Counted from the stretch's first letter, positions 52,517 to 63,072 are shown. The stretch is 64,000 bases of DNA from an uncultured Acidobacteriota bacterium (GCA_963805925.1 CAWDWB010000007.1:395133-459132); one strand, 5' to 3'. The notes: generated by a model not told the origin, from the letters alone. Program-made: numbers and translations.

Positions 52517-53059
52517 ATGGGGAAAGCGTTCGCGAAGCTTGACGAGACAAACGTCAAGTGGATCAAGAAACAGCGTATGTTTTTCGTCGCCACCGCTCCC
52601 ACGGCGGTCGACGGATTGCTGAACTTGTCGCCCAAGGGGCTCGACGCGTTTGCCGTGATTGATCCGACGACGGTCGCCTATCTGGACCTCGTCGGCAGCG
52701 GCGTGGAAACGATCGCCCATGTGAAGCAGAACGGCCGTCTCATCATCATGTTTTGCGCCTTTGCGGGCCCGCCGCGCATTTTGCGCTTGTGGGGAACAGG
52801 CGAAGTGATCGAGCGAACGGATCCGCGCTGGGCTGAGATGCGTGCGCGCTTCCCGGAAATGCCGGGCGAGCGCTCGATCATCGTGCTGCACGTGGCGCGG
52901 GTGCAGGACTCCTGCGGTTATGCCGTTCCGCGCTACGCCTTCGAGGAAGACCGCCCGACGTTGATCGAGTGGGCCGAGAAGAAGGGTCCGGAAGGGGTGG
53001 ACGAATACATCGCAAAGAATAACGAGAAGAGCATCGACGGCTTGCCTGGCCTCGCTTAG
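52517..53059 (+). CDS. Pyridoxamine 5'-phosphate oxidase-like FMN-binding family protein
   Basis: 180 aa. ..QRMFFVATAP..LNLSPKG..VAYLDLVGSGVETIAH..NGRLIIMFCAF.. matches the split-barrel PNPOx-like pattern. Confidence 0.65.
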   Translation: MGKAFAKLDETNVKWIKKQRMFFVATAPTAVDGLLNLSPKGLDAFAVIDPTTVAYLDLVGSGVETIAHVKQNGRLIIMFCAFAGPPRILRLWGTGEVIERTDPRWAEMRARFPEMPGERSIIVLHVARVQDSCGYAVPRYAFEEDRPTLIEWAEKKGPEGVDEYIAKNNEKSIDGLPGLA

Positions 53060-53091
53060 CCCAAGAACCTGCGTAAGCACGACAATACGAA

Positions 53092-55536
53092 ATGCCCGAG
53101 AAGTCATACAGACCCCTAGAAATTGAGCCCAAGTGGCAGAAGACCTGGCAGGATGCCGGGCTGTACAACACGTCCACCGACGCTTCGAAGCCGAAGTTTT
53201 ACGTGTTGGAGATGCTGCCCTATCCGAGCGGCACGCTGCACATGGGGCACGTCCGGAATTATTCGATTGGCGATGCATTGGCGCGTTATAAGCGCATGCG
53301 CGGCTTCCGCGTGCTGCATCCGATGGGTTGGGATTCCTTCGGGTTGCCGGCGGAGAACGCAGCCATCAAGAACAAGATGGACCCCGGCGTTTGGACGCGC
53401 TCGAATATCCAAAACATGAAGCGGCAACTGGGCTATTTCAGCTTCAGCTACGACTGGGATCGCGAGATTTCGTCGTGCGAGCCGGAGTACTACCGCTGGA
53501 ATCAGTGGTTCTTCATCCAGATGTGGAAGAAGGGCTTGGCCTATCGCAAGAAGAGTCGCGTGAACTGGTGCAACGAGTGCGGCACGGTGCTGGCCAACGA
53601 GCAAGTGGTCAACGGCTGCTGCTGGCGGCATGAAACGACGCCGGTTGAGCAGAAGGAACTGGACCAGTGGTTCTTCAAGACGACGGCCTACGCCGATCAA
53701 CTGCTGGACGATCTCAAAGAGATCGAAGAAGGTTGGCCCGATCGCGTTGTGGCCATGCAACGCAACTGGATCGGACGGTCCGAGGGCACGGAAGTCGACT
53801 TTCAACTCGAAGGCTCCGACGAGAAGGTGCGCGTCTTCACCACGCGCGTTGACACGATCTTCGGCGCGACGTGCGTTATCCTGGCGCCGCAGCATCCCTG
53901 GGTGGCGGAGTTTGGCTTGGAGGATCAGGCGAAGCCGCTGATCGCCGCGCAGCAAGCGCAGCAGAACGACGATCTCGAGAAGGACGGCTTCTTTACGGGG
54001 CGCTACGCGATCAATCCCTATAGCGGCGAAAAGGCGCCCATCTGGGTCGGCAATTTCGTGTTGTGGGGTTACGGCACGGGAGCGATCATGGCCGTGCCGG
54101 CGCATGACCAGAGAGACTTCGAGTTCTGCCGCAAGTTCGGCATCCCTGTCGTGCCGGTGATCAAGCCGTCGGCAAGCGCGTTGCCGAAGGCCGAGGATAT
54201 GACCGAAGCTTATGCCGAATACGGCATTGCCGCAGTCTGCGGGGAATGGAGCGGCCTCTCCAGCGCCGAGGCGAAAGCGCAAATGACGGCTTACGCCGAA
54301 GAGAAGGGCTTTGGCGCAGGGGCGATCACCTATCGGCTCCGCGATTGGGGCGTTTCGCGGCAGCGTTATTGGGGCACGCCGATCCCGATGATCCACTGCG
54401 GAGAGTGCGGCGTGCAGGCGGTGCCCGAAGCGGATCTGCCGGTCTTGTTGCCCAGCAATGTTCAGCTGACGGGCGTGGGCGAATCGCCCTTGCGGCAGGT
54501 GCCGGACTTCGTCAACGTGAAGTGCCCGAAGTGCGGCGGCGATGCGCAACGCGAGGCCGACACGATGGACACGTTCGTCGACTCCTCGTGGTACTTCTAC
54601 CGCTACACGGATCCGAAGAACGACAAGGCGCCGTTCGCGAAAGAAGCGGCGGCGGCGTGGTTCCCGATCGATCAGTACATCGGCGGGGTGGAGCACGCGG
54701 TCTTGCACTTGATCTACTGCCGCTTCTGGAGCAAGGTCATGCGTGACTTGGGCTTGGTGACCTGGAACGAGCCGGTCACGCGCCTGTTCACGCAGGGCAT
54801 GGTGATCAAGGACGGCGCGAAGATGTCCAAGAGCTTGGGCAATACCGTGAGCCCAGAGGAGATGGTCGACAAGTACGGCTCCGATACGGCGCGGGCTTTC
54901 TCGCTGTTTGCCGCGCCGCCGGATAAGGATCTCGACTGGCAGGATTCGGGCGTCGAAGGCATGTCGCGCTTCTTGGCGCGGGTATTTCGCTTGGTCACGC
55001 GCAATGCCGATTCCGGCGCGGCGCCGACGACCGAAGCGGCCAACGAAGCAGACAAGGCGATTCTGCGCAAACTGCATCAGACGATTGAGAAGATTACCGG
55101 CGACTTTGAGTCGCGCTGGCACTTCAATACCTCGCTGGCGGCGGTGATGGAGTTGACGAACGATCTGTACGCCCGCGAGACGGAACTTTCCCCAGGCGTG
55201 ATCGCTGAGACCTTGCGCAAGCTGGTGCTGCTGCTAGAGCCGTTCGCGCCGCACATGGCTGAGGAACTCTGGCAGGAACTGGGTGAACAGGGGCCGGTTC
55301 TCGACGTGGCCTGGCCGGAGTATCGAGCTGACCTGACAGTCGAGGACGCCTCGGAAGTGCCGGTGCAGGTCAACGGTAAGATGCGCGGCAAGGTGACGGT
55401 TGCTAAGGGCGCTGCTCAAACAGCGGTTGAGGCGGCGGCCCGTGAAGACGAAAATGTTGCCCGGCATCTGGAGGGGAAGACGGTAGTGAAGGTGATCTAC
55501 GTCCCCGACAAACTGCTGAATATCGTCGTGCGCTAA
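53092..55536 (+). CDS. leuS: Leucine--tRNA ligase
   Basis: 814 aa. ..[21 protein letters not shown].. (HIGH), ..[11 protein letters not shown].., CP1 editing domain, ..KMSKSLGN.. (KMSKS). Confidence 0.97.
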   Translation: MPEKSYRPLEIEPKWQKTWQDAGLYNTSTDASKPKFYVLEMLPYPSGTLHMGHVRNYSIGDALARYKRMRGFRVLHPMGWDSFGLPAENAAIKNKMDPGVWTRSNIQNMKRQLGYFSFSYDWDREISSCEPEYYRWNQWFFIQMWKKGLAYRKKSRVNWCNECGTVLANEQVVNGCCWRHETTPVEQKELDQWFFKTTAYADQLLDDLKEIEEGWPDRVVAMQRNWIGRSEGTEVDFQLEGSDEKVRVFTTRVDTIFGATCVILAPQHPWVAEFGLEDQAKPLIAAQQAQQNDDLEKDGFFTGRYAINPYSGEKAPIWVGNFVLWGYGTGAIMAVPAHDQRDFEFCRKFGIPVVPVIKPSASALPKAEDMTEAYAEYGIAAVCGEWSGLSSAEAKAQMTAYAEEKGFGAGAITYRLRDWGVSRQRYWGTPIPMIHCGECGVQAVPEADLPVLLPSNVQLTGVGESPLRQVPDFVNVKCPKCGGDAQREADTMDTFVDSSWYFYRYTDPKNDKAPFAKEAAAAWFPIDQYIGGVEHAVLHLIYCRFWSKVMRDLGLVTWNEPVTRLFTQGMVIKDGAKMSKSLGNTVSPEEMVDKYGSDTARAFSLFAAPPDKDLDWQDSGVEGMSRFLARVFRLVTRNADSGAAPTTEAANEADKAILRKLHQTIEKITGDFESRWHFNTSLAAVMELTNDLYARETELSPGVIAETLRKLVLLLEPFAPHMAEELWQELGEQGPVLDVAWPEYRADLTVEDASEVPVQVNGKMRGKVTVAKGAAQTAVEAAAREDENVARHLEGKTVVKVIYVPDKLLNIVVR

Positions 55537-55548
55537 CGGTCCTGGTAA

Positions 55549-55563
55549 ATAAGCTATACTTAT
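55549..55563. promoter_or_regulatory. 15-bp palindrome ATAAG-CTATA-CTTAT (LysR T-N11-A-like box) just upstream of the LysR gene
   Basis: Exact dyad at 55549-55563, 12 nt before the GTG start at 55575. It is AT-rich in a GC-rich context. Confidence 0.3.
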
Positions 55564-55574
55564 GTCTTATACCC

Positions 55575-56471
55575 GTGAGTATTGCGCATTTTAAAGTCTT
55601 TCGGGACATCGGTCAGTCCCGATCGATCTCTCAGGCGGCCGCCCTCAACAGCATCAGCCAGTCGGCGGTGAGTCAGACGCTGAAGGCGCTGGAGAAGCAA
55701 CTTGGCGTGGTACTCATCGATCGAACCACCCGGCCGTTGAAGCTGACCTCCGCCGGCGAAATCTACTACGAGGCGTCGCGGGACATCGTCCGCCGCCACG
55801 AGGAAATGGAAGCGCTGCTGGAGGCTCACAAGAATGTTCTATCCGGCGCCGTCCACGTCGCGTCGATCTACTCGATCGGCCTGTACGAGATGACCCAGTA
55901 CCGGGAGCGTTTCTTAGAGATGCATCCGGAGACGAAGATCCACTTGGAGTTCATGCGGCCGGACAAGATTTACGAGGCCTTGCTGGACGACCGAGTCGAT
56001 TTCGGCCTGGTCAGCTACCCGGCGCCGACCAAGTCGCTGAGCGTGATCGACTGGCGGATGGAGCAGATGGTGCTCGTCTGCCACCCGGCCCACGAACTGG
56101 CGAAGCGCAAAATAGTTGCTCCGCAGGATTTGGCGCGGCGGGACTTCATTAGCTTCGATCAGGGGCTCTCGATTCGCAAGGCCTTGGACCGGTTCTTCCG
56201 TGAGCACGGCGTCTCCAGGGGCGTGCAACTGGAGTTCGATAACATCCAGATGATCAAAGAGGCGTTGTCGATTAACCAGGGAGTCAGTATCCTGCCGGAG
56301 CGAACGGTTCGCCAAGAGGTAACCGAACGCCGCCTCGTGGCGATACCCATTCAGGCGAGCGGGCTGGTGCGCCCGGTTGGTATCTTGTTAAACCGGAAGA
56401 GAAAGTTGTCGCGGACCGCCCAGGAGTTTCTGGAGTTTTTGCGCGGCAACGAGAGAGCGGAAGCCGCTTAA
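55575..56471 (+). CDS. LysR family transcriptional regulator
   Basis: wHTH ..FKVFRDIGQSRSISQAAALNSISQSAVSQTLKALEKQLGVVLIDR.. plus a LysR substrate-binding domain. Confidence 0.9.
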   Translation: MSIAHFKVFRDIGQSRSISQAAALNSISQSAVSQTLKALEKQLGVVLIDRTTRPLKLTSAGEIYYEASRDIVRRHEEMEALLEAHKNVLSGAVHVASIYSIGLYEMTQYRERFLEMHPETKIHLEFMRPDKIYEALLDDRVDFGLVSYPAPTKSLSVIDWRMEQMVLVCHPAHELAKRKIVAPQDLARRDFISFDQGLSIRKALDRFFREHGVSRGVQLEFDNIQMIKEALSINQGVSILPERTVRQEVTERRLVAIPIQASGLVRPVGILLNRKRKLSRTAQEFLEFLRGNERAEAA

Positions 56472-56503
56472 GGCGGACGATTCGACGGACAGGAGATAGA
56501 TTC

Positions 56504-56932
56504 ATGAACCGAACGATACTGGCAATGATTCTCGCGATTGGCTGTTGGGCGTGTTCCTCATCGGAGCCTGCCGCCGAAACTGCTGCGGCCCAAGAGCAAG
56601 CGGCTCCTGCAGCGGTCGAAATGGACGTTGAGTCCGTGGCGGCACGGCTGGACGCAGGTGAAGATATCTACCTGCTGGATGTTCGCAATCCGGATGAGTT
56701 GAAAGAGTACGGCATGATCGCCGGGGCCATCAATATTCCGGTCGACCAGTTGGAAGCGCGGCTGAGCGAAGTTCCCAAGGACAAGGAGATCGTCACCTAC
56801 TGCATGCGCGGCGGACGCGCATCGAGGGCGGCGGACATCTTGCGCGCAGCGGGCTATACCGAGCCGATCGAATACGGCGGAATCACGGCCTGGAAGGAAG
56901 CAGGGAAGCCGGTGGTCCAACCTGGCGAATAG
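56504..56932 (+). CDS. Rhodanese-like domain lipoprotein
   Basis: Lipobox (LAIGCWACSS). ..YLLDVRNPDE...G.I.GAINIP..IVTYCMRGGRASRAA.. with the active-site loop C-M-R-G-G-R. Confidence 0.8.
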   Translation: MNRTILAMILAIGCWACSSSEPAAETAAAQEQAAPAAVEMDVESVAARLDAGEDIYLLDVRNPDELKEYGMIAGAINIPVDQLEARLSEVPKDKEIVTYCMRGGRASRAADILRAAGYTEPIEYGGITAWKEAGKPVVQPGE

Positions 56933-56959
56933 GTCAATCAAGACAAAGAGGAGTGTTGG

Positions 56960-57490
56960 ATGTCAGCAGCGCAGGGTAACCGGCCGTTGGTCGGGATCAT
57001 TATGGGCAGCGATTCGGATTTGCCGGTCATGAAGGCGGCAGCCGAAGTGCTGGAAGAGTTGGAGATTGCGTACGAGATCAAGATCTCTTCTGCTCACCGC
57101 ACTCCAGCGACTGCCCACGAATTCGCCACTACGGCGGTTGAGCGCGGCCTGGCGGTGATCATCGCCGGCGCCGGCGGCGCCGCACACTTGCCGGGCGTGA
57201 TGGCTGCATCGACGGCTCTGCCGGTGATTGGCGTGCCGGTTAAGGCGGTATCGCTGAGCGGCTTGGACTCCCTGCTTTCGATCGCCCAAATGCCTCCGGG
57301 CGTGCCGGTGGCGACCGTGGGCATCAATGCCGCCCGCAATGCGGGTATCCTAGCAGCCCAAATCATCGGCGCCGGAGACGCCGCGGTGCGCGGCCGCGTC
57401 GAAGCTTTCAAAGACCGCATGCGAGCGGGAGTCGAAGCCAAAGACGCCAAGCTGGAGTCGAAAGGCTGGCGAGCCTACCTTGAGGGCTAG
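56960..57490 (+). CDS. purE: 5-(carboxyamino)imidazole ribonucleotide mutase
   Basis: ..[62 protein letters not shown].. is canonical PurE. Confidence 0.95.
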   Translation: MSAAQGNRPLVGIIMGSDSDLPVMKAAAEVLEELEIAYEIKISSAHRTPATAHEFATTAVERGLAVIIAGAGGAAHLPGVMAASTALPVIGVPVKAVSLSGLDSLLSIAQMPPGVPVATVGINAARNAGILAAQIIGAGDAAVRGRVEAFKDRMRAGVEAKDAKLESKGWRAYLEG

Positions 57491-57526
57491 CCGGGCCGAA
57501 GCGGGTTCGGGTTCTACAATGTTGCT

Positions 57527-58096
57527 GTGCGGTACTTCCTTACCAGACGAGCGCCGCCCGTCACGCGAATCCTACTGATTGAGAGCGGGCCGCGGGAATT
57601 GGGTGAAGAGGCTATCGGCTGCTTGCGCAAGGCATTCGGCGCCGGCATTCCGATTGACGTATTGGGCTGTAGGCGGGCGCCCCTGCTGGGCGTTGAGAGC
57701 TATGCCGACGTGTCCGAGTCCCGCACGTTTTCAGCGAGGCTGGCCATTCTACGCCGGATTCGGCGCGGGGGCTATTCGGTCGCCGGCGTTCTGTCGTCGG
57801 GTGATTCAACCATGGCGCTTTGGAAGTGGGCGGCAATTGTCGTCGTTCCTGCCAAGTTCCTGGTGCTCAATGAGAATGTCGACTTTTTCTGGATCGACCG
57901 CGCTCATTGGACCAATGCGGCCGCGCTGCTGCAGCAGCGCAGCGGACTGGGCGGCGAGTCGACCGTTCGCGCAATGGCTTGGTTCGCAGCCCTCCCGTTT
58001 GCCGCACTCTTTCTGCTCTCCTACGCAGCGTGGGTGCACCTTGCCCGGATATTTCGTTTGCTCCTTGGCATTCGAACGACTGTTCGCTCGAACTAG
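57527..58096 (+). CDS. Hypothetical protein with C-terminal TM helix
   Basis: 189-aa ORF in the same operon-like string (37 nt after purE, 3 nt before the cysteine desulfurase gene). No family recognised. An alternative-frame ORF 57579..58103 overlaps it, so the frame choice is tentative. Confidence 0.4.
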   Translation: MRYFLTRRAPPVTRILLIESGPRELGEEAIGCLRKAFGAGIPIDVLGCRRAPLLGVESYADVSESRTFSARLAILRRIRRGGYSVAGVLSSGDSTMALWKWAAIVVVPAKFLVLNENVDFFWIDRAHWTNAAALLQQRSGLGGESTVRAMAWFAALPFAALFLLSYAAWVHLARIFRLLLGIRTTVRSN

Positions 58097-58099
58097 GTT

Positions 58100-59257
58100 T
58101 TGAAGCTGCCAATCTATCTCGACCATCAGGCAACGACTCCGGTGGATCCTCGCGTCCTGGAGGCGATGCTGCCCTATTTTTCGGAATTATTCGGCAATGC
58201 CGCGAGCCGTAATCACGCATTCGGCTGGAGCGCCCGCGAGGCGGTCTCGCGAGGAAGAGATCAGGCGGCGGAACTGATCGGCGCCAGTTCGCGTGAGATC
58301 GTTTTTACCAGCGGCGCGACGGAATCCAATAATCTGGCGATCCGCGGAGCGGTTGAGGCGTCCGGACGTGCCGCGGGGCGCATCATTACTTGTGCGACGG
58401 AGCACAAAGCGGTCCTCGACCCTTGTTTGCGGCTGCGGCGGCTGGGATATGACGTGGTGGTCTTGCCCGTCGACTCTGGCGGCTTGCTCGACCCTCAACG
58501 CGTAGCGGACGCGCTGACCGACGACACGCTGCTGGTTTCGGTGATGTACGCCAACAACGAGATCGGCGTGCTGCAGCCGATCGCACAAATCGGGGCCATC
58601 GTGCGTGAGACGCGGGCGCTGTTTCATGTGGATGCCGCTCAAGCGGTCGGTAAGATCCGGGCGGATGTCGAGCGCGAGGCGATCGACCTGCTCTCGTTGT
58701 CCGCTCACAAGTTCTACGGGCCGAAGGGCGTCGGCGCGCTCTATGTCAGGAGGCGGGTTCGCCGCGCAGAGATTGCCGCGCAAATGGACGGAGGGGGACA
58801 CGAACGCGGGCTGCGATCCGGCACGCTCAATGTACCTGGAATCGTTGGACTTGGCGCTGCCTGCGAAATCGCCCGCGCGGAGATGGAAATCGAAGGACCG
58901 CGGCTCACGAGACTCCGCGACCGATTGAAGGACAGGCTCTTCGCCGCGCTCGATGGTTTACAGGTGAACGGATCGCTGGAGCGGCGGCTGCCGCACAATC
59001 TGAGCATCAGCTTCGCGGGCGTGGACGGCGAATCGCTGCTGATGGGCCTCGACGACGTGGCTGTTTCGAGCGGATCTGCCTGTACTTCAGAATCTCCTGA
59101 ACCAAGCCACGTCCTGCGCGCCCTGGGCGTTCCGGAAAAGCTGGCGCACGCCTCGTTGCGGTTCGGTCTGGGCCGCCAAAACACCGAAGAAGAGGTGGAC
59201 TATGCCGCCGACAAGGTGGCCGCCGTCGTTTCGCGTCTGCGCCGGCTGTCCGCCTAG
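58100..59257 (+). CDS. Class I (IscS/NifS-type) cysteine desulfurase
   Basis: ..[45 protein letters not shown].. (PLP Lys), ..SSGSACTS.. (catalytic Cys loop). TTG start. Confidence 0.9.
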   Translation: MKLPIYLDHQATTPVDPRVLEAMLPYFSELFGNAASRNHAFGWSAREAVSRGRDQAAELIGASSREIVFTSGATESNNLAIRGAVEASGRAAGRIITCATEHKAVLDPCLRLRRLGYDVVVLPVDSGGLLDPQRVADALTDDTLLVSVMYANNEIGVLQPIAQIGAIVRETRALFHVDAAQAVGKIRADVEREAIDLLSLSAHKFYGPKGVGALYVRRRVRRAEIAAQMDGGGHERGLRSGTLNVPGIVGLGAACEIARAEMEIEGPRLTRLRDRLKDRLFAALDGLQVNGSLERRLPHNLSISFAGVDGESLLMGLDDVAVSSGSACTSESPEPSHVLRALGVPEKLAHASLRFGLGRQNTEEEVDYAADKVAAVVSRLRRLSA

Positions 59258-59357
59258 GACGTTTACCAAAGCCTGGGAAGGGGAAACCCTTACTGACGAT
59301 TCGGGGGCTCGAGGGCGAAACTGGCCAGGACTCGCCATGTAACGAGTCCACCCTGGC

Positions 59358-60530
59358 GTGCTGACAGCTTTCATTCTCGGGACGAACACTTCCAACGTGG
59401 ACTACTTCCACCGTTGCTGTCTGGGAGTGCGAGATCTGTCCATTCCGCACATTCTGGACATCAAGCCCCCGTTGCATCAGCTGGTGCGGATGTTGAACAC
59501 CCACCTGCCGCAGGTCGTCTTCCTCGAAGTCGACGAGCAGGGGCGATCGTTCCAAACGGCGGTGGATATCGTTGTTGCGGCGCCGGGTACAGTCGTGCTC
59601 GGCTTTGGACCGGAGGCTAGCGACGAACTGCTGGCGGAGGCCAAGGAGTTCGGCATCGAGGATATCCTGCCGGCGCCCTACTCGGATCGCGAGGTGTTCG
59701 TCGCCATCCAGAAGGCGATCAAGAGTCCCGGGACTCAGAGACGTCCGGTTGTCGCCTTCCAGCCGGCCAGCGGCGGATGTGGATCTTCGACGGTCGCCCT
59801 CAATGTTGCCAGTGCGCTGGCAAGTCAGTTCAATCGCAAGGTGCTGTTGGTCGACGCGGACCTGCGGTCCAGTCCGCTGCCGTTCTGGTTTAACCATGAT
59901 GCGGAGCCGACGATCGTTCAGGCTCTTGAGGCCTGCGACAACTTGAGCGAGAAGCTCTGGAAGAAGATGATCTGGACGGACCGCGGCATGGATCTGCTGC
60001 TGACTGGCCGCCGCCGCAGCGGGGCTGCGCCGGCGTTCTCGTCCTGGGACTTCCTGCGGATGTTGAGCTTCGCCACGCGCCGCTACGACTCGGTGATCGT
60101 CGATCTGCCTGAAGTGATCGACGATGTCTTCGGCGTCATTCGAGAACGCGCCGACTTCAAGTTCATTGTTTGCAATCCGGACCGCATCTCCGCCATGATG
60201 GCGCGCCGGCGCATCGATGAGATGGAAACGGGCGGCGCCGAGGTCAAGAATCTCGGAATTATCGTCAACAAGGTCGGCCCGAAACCGTTGGCCAAGGATA
60301 AGGTTGAGCAGATTGTGCGGCGGCCGGTTGTTCTCGAACTGCCGGTCGACGAAGACCCCAATGCGGAGGTTTCGTTGCTGGATACGCTGCTGCAGAGACG
60401 CTCCAAGATCGTCAAAGGCTACCGCAAGTTGGCCGAAGCCATCGATCGGCAAGTGGTCAGTTCGCGCCCTCCGGGCACGGCCAAGGCCGCCGAAGAACTC
60501 GCCGCGGGCGTCTCGCGCATGGGCTATTAA
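59358..60530 (+). CDS. CpaE/TadZ-like protein: receiver-like N-domain plus MinD/ParA-type domain with degenerate Walker A
   Basis: Architecture and motifs (..VVAFQPASGGCGSSTVALNVA..VLLVDADL..DSVIVDLP..IVNKV..) resemble Flp-pilus CpaE/TadZ. The P-loop reads GGCGSST at 59766-59792, with no Lys. No tad/cpa genes are nearby. Confidence 0.6.
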   Translation: MLTAFILGTNTSNVDYFHRCCLGVRDLSIPHILDIKPPLHQLVRMLNTHLPQVVFLEVDEQGRSFQTAVDIVVAAPGTVVLGFGPEASDELLAEAKEFGIEDILPAPYSDREVFVAIQKAIKSPGTQRRPVVAFQPASGGCGSSTVALNVASALASQFNRKVLLVDADLRSSPLPFWFNHDAEPTIVQALEACDNLSEKLWKKMIWTDRGMDLLLTGRRRSGAAPAFSSWDFLRMLSFATRRYDSVIVDLPEVIDDVFGVIRERADFKFIVCNPDRISAMMARRRIDEMETGGAEVKNLGIIVNKVGPKPLAKDKVEQIVRRPVVLELPVDEDPNAEVSLLDTLLQRRSKIVKGYRKLAEAIDRQVVSSRPPGTAKAAEELAAGVSRMGY

Positions 60531-60533
60531 AGG

Positions 60534-61535
60534 TTAGCCGCGCGATTTGCGATCAAGGGACGCCAGAATCACCTGGAGAATGTCGTCCTCGGTTTTGCCT
60601 TCCGCGTGGGCGTCGAAATTGAGGATGATGCGATGGCGCAGCGCACTGCCGGCCAACTCGCGGACGTCTTCTTCGGAAACATTCAATCGGCCGCGGAACA
60701 GCGCCCGAACGCGGCCGCATTGCAGCAGCGCCTGCACGCCCCGGGGAGAAGCGCCATAGCGGACGTACTTGCGGGCTACCTCGTGGGCTTGCGCGCTTTC
60801 GGGCTGTGTCGCGAGAACCAGGTCGATCGCGAAGTCTCTGACGTGCGGCGCGACGAGTACCGAATTGGCCTGGCGGCGAATCTCAAGGACCTGGCTTTGG
60901 TTGATCGTCTGCCGAACGCTCGGCTGCTGGGACGCCATAGTGCGCTCGGCGATCGTTTGCATCTCTGCTCGATTCGGATAGGGGACTAGAATCTTCAGCA
61001 AGAATCGATCGAGCTGCGCTTCCGGGAGCGGGTAGGTCCCCTCCATTTCGAGAGGGTTCTGCGTGGCCATGACCAAGAAAGGATTTTCGAGCCCATGGGT
61101 CTCGTTGCCGGTCGTCACGGTCCGCTCCTGCATGGCTTCGAGCAGCGCGGACTGCGTGCGGGGCGTCGCCCGATTGATCTCGTCGGCCAAAACCAAGTTG
61201 GCGAAGATGGGGCCTGGCTCAAAACGCAGAGCGCGCTCGCCGGCCGCGCCGCCATGCATCACCATGCTCCCGAGGATGTCGGCGGGCATCAGATCGGGAG
61301 TGAACTGGATCCGCGAACACTTCAGATGCATGGCCTCGCCCAGCGTTCTGAGCAGGGTGGTCTTGCCCAGTCCGGGGACGCCCTCGAGCAGCACGTGACC
61401 GCCCGCGATCAGTGCCGTCAAGACGCCCTCGACCACCTCTTCGTGCCCGACGATGACTTTGCCGATCTCATCTCGAACGCTTTGCAGTTGTTCAGAGACC
61501 ATCGGTAGTGAAGTATCAGGTGCTGCCATGCTCAC
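60534..61535 (-). CDS. MoxR family AAA+ ATPase
   Basis: ..GHVLLEGVPGLGKTTL.. (Walker A), ..ILADEINRATPRTQSALLEAMQE.. (Walker B/sensor), ..ATQNPLEMEGTYPLPEAQLDRF... The start overlaps the upstream stop. Confidence 0.9.
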   Translation of the reverse strand: MSMAAPDTSLPMVSEQLQSVRDEIGKVIVGHEEVVEGVLTALIAGGHVLLEGVPGLGKTTLLRTLGEAMHLKCSRIQFTPDLMPADILGSMVMHGGAAGERALRFEPGPIFANLVLADEINRATPRTQSALLEAMQERTVTTGNETHGLENPFLVMATQNPLEMEGTYPLPEAQLDRFLLKILVPYPNRAEMQTIAERTMASQQPSVRQTINQSQVLEIRRQANSVLVAPHVRDFAIDLVLATQPESAQAHEVARKYVRYGASPRGVQALLQCGRVRALFRGRLNVSEEDVRELAGSALRHRIILNFDAHAEGKTEDDILQVILASLDRKSRG

Positions 61536-63016
61536 TCTTGTTTGGAACGGATTTCCCTAAAGTAATTCTCGACAAACGTTCGGTATGCTGCCGGGGCTTC
61601 GTCGCGAACCGCGACGCCGGCGCCCTCGCGCCGGCCGGCTTGCTGCGTCTTATATGGAGTCGCCGCGGCAGAGACTTCGCTAGTGTTGGTCTCGACCATC
61701 ACATCGCCGCTCAGTTCCTCGGCGCGCTGCAGGTAGAACTCCTCCAAGGCCTCGAAGGCTGCGTCCTGCGTCTGCTGCTGCTGGATCTCTTTCGAGCCGT
61801 CTCCATCTCCGGCGGCGCCGGCGGAGTCGCCTTCGCCTTCGCTTCCTGCTCCGCTGTTGGAGCCGCTCCCCTGCGAAGCCTGTTGCGCTCCCGGCTGGGG
61901 TTCGCCTGGGTCCATCGAGGCTTCCGCCGCGGCGCCCTCTCCCTCAGCGGCCTGCTCGCCTTGCTGCTCGCCGCTTTGCGGCGAAGCGGCTGAGTCAGAG
62001 CCTTCTTCGGCGGCGGAAGCTCCTTCTTGGGCGGATGCTTGCGCCGGCTCGGACGACATGTTCTCGCGCATTTGTTTCAGCGCATCTTTCAGCCGATCGA
62101 GCAGGGAGTTTGATTTCTCGCTCCAACTGCTGTCTGCATCGGCCTTCTCGGGAGAGTCACCCGAACGTTCGAGATTCGAACCCTGCTCATTCGCCGCATT
62201 GTCTTGTTCGCCTCCCGGCTTTCCGGACTGGTCGCCGGGCTGTTGGAAGTCCAACTCGTCGCCGGCTTTGGCGGCCTGATCGAGGCCTTCGGCCTCAGCG
62301 GCGGCTGCGGCCTCCTCGCTGCCGGCGACGAGGGGATCGAAGGGAAAAGCGGGCGCTTCGGCCGGTTCTCGAGCATCCGCTAATTCATCTCCGAGAGTAG
62401 CCGCCTTGTCGTTGGCCGCAGCCTTGGCGCTCTGCTCCAGTTCCGAATCCAAAGCAGGCTGCTGCGCGGCTTTGGATTCGCCGGAGAGCAGCGCAGGAGT
62501 CAGCGCTGATTCCAGCGCCAGCGTCGGTGCGACACTGTAACGCAGTCCGGTCAAGGCCAGGACAGCGAGCAACAGAGCCGCCGCAACCCAGACCGCCGGC
62601 GTCGTCTGCAACGGCAGAGCCTCTGCCGCATCGTGATTGGCGACTGCGCTCACGGCCAACTGGCGCTGGGCGCGCACCACTTCGGAAGCCTCTGTGGAAT
62701 CCCCGGCAAAATGGTACGCGGTGGAGACTTGATCGTTCGATTGCCACTCGCGGTCGAGGATACAGGCGATTTCGTAGCCAGAGAACTCCGACCGCCGCCA
62801 GGCGACCGCTGCTGCGCCAGCGCCGCCGAGGATGCCAAGCCAAAGCAGCGGGGCTGGAAACCAGGAGGTTCCCAGCAGCAGGAGCGCGGTGAGGCTAGCC
62901 AAGGCGACGGACAGACCCAGCGCCGCCGCACGCAGTGCACGCCGAAGCTGAGCGGACTTGTAGCCGGCGGCTACCGCCCGATCCACGGCGTCTGCTGCAT
63001 AGTTTGATGAACCCAT
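61532..63016 (-). CDS. Membrane protein with a long acidic low-complexity region (DUF4175-like?), hypothetical
   Basis: 494 aa. 2-3 TM helices in the first ~170 aa, then a ~280-aa E/D/A/G/S/Q-rich tract. Conserved-looking C-terminus ..PAAYRTFVENYFREIRSKQE. Translationally coupled to moxR. Confidence 0.55.
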   Translation of the reverse strand: MGSSNYAADAVDRAVAAGYKSAQLRRALRAAALGLSVALASLTALLLLGTSWFPAPLLWLGILGGAGAAAVAWRRSEFSGYEIACILDREWQSNDQVSTAYHFAGDSTEASEVVRAQRQLAVSAVANHDAAEALPLQTTPAVWVAAALLLAVLALTGLRYSVAPTLALESALTPALLSGESKAAQQPALDSELEQSAKAAANDKAATLGDELADAREPAEAPAFPFDPLVAGSEEAAAAAEAEGLDQAAKAGDELDFQQPGDQSGKPGGEQDNAANEQGSNLERSGDSPEKADADSSWSEKSNSLLDRLKDALKQMRENMSSEPAQASAQEGASAAEEGSDSAASPQSGEQQGEQAAEGEGAAAEASMDPGEPQPGAQQASQGSGSNSGAGSEGEGDSAGAAGDGDGSKEIQQQQTQDAAFEALEEFYLQRAEELSGDVMVETNTSEVSAAATPYKTQQAGRREGAGVAVRDEAPAAYRTFVENYFREIRSKQE

Positions 63017-63072
63017 GAGACTACCGAAGGCTTTTCAATTATAGGCGGCTCCAAGCGGTGATCGGTCTTCGG

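Noticed and set aside
53116-55122. 668-aa ORF on the minus strand
   Set aside because: It lies entirely antisense to leuS, whose product carries unmistakable HIGH/KMSKS motifs. Its translation is Arg/Ala/Pro/His-rich with no recognisable domain, the usual stop-free antisense frame of high-GC DNA.
59007-60452. 481-aa minus-strand ORF spanning two plus-strand genes
   Set aside because: It overlaps both the cysteine desulfurase 3' end and the CpaE-like gene in antisense. It is Arg-rich with no domain, whereas the plus-strand products have clear family motifs.
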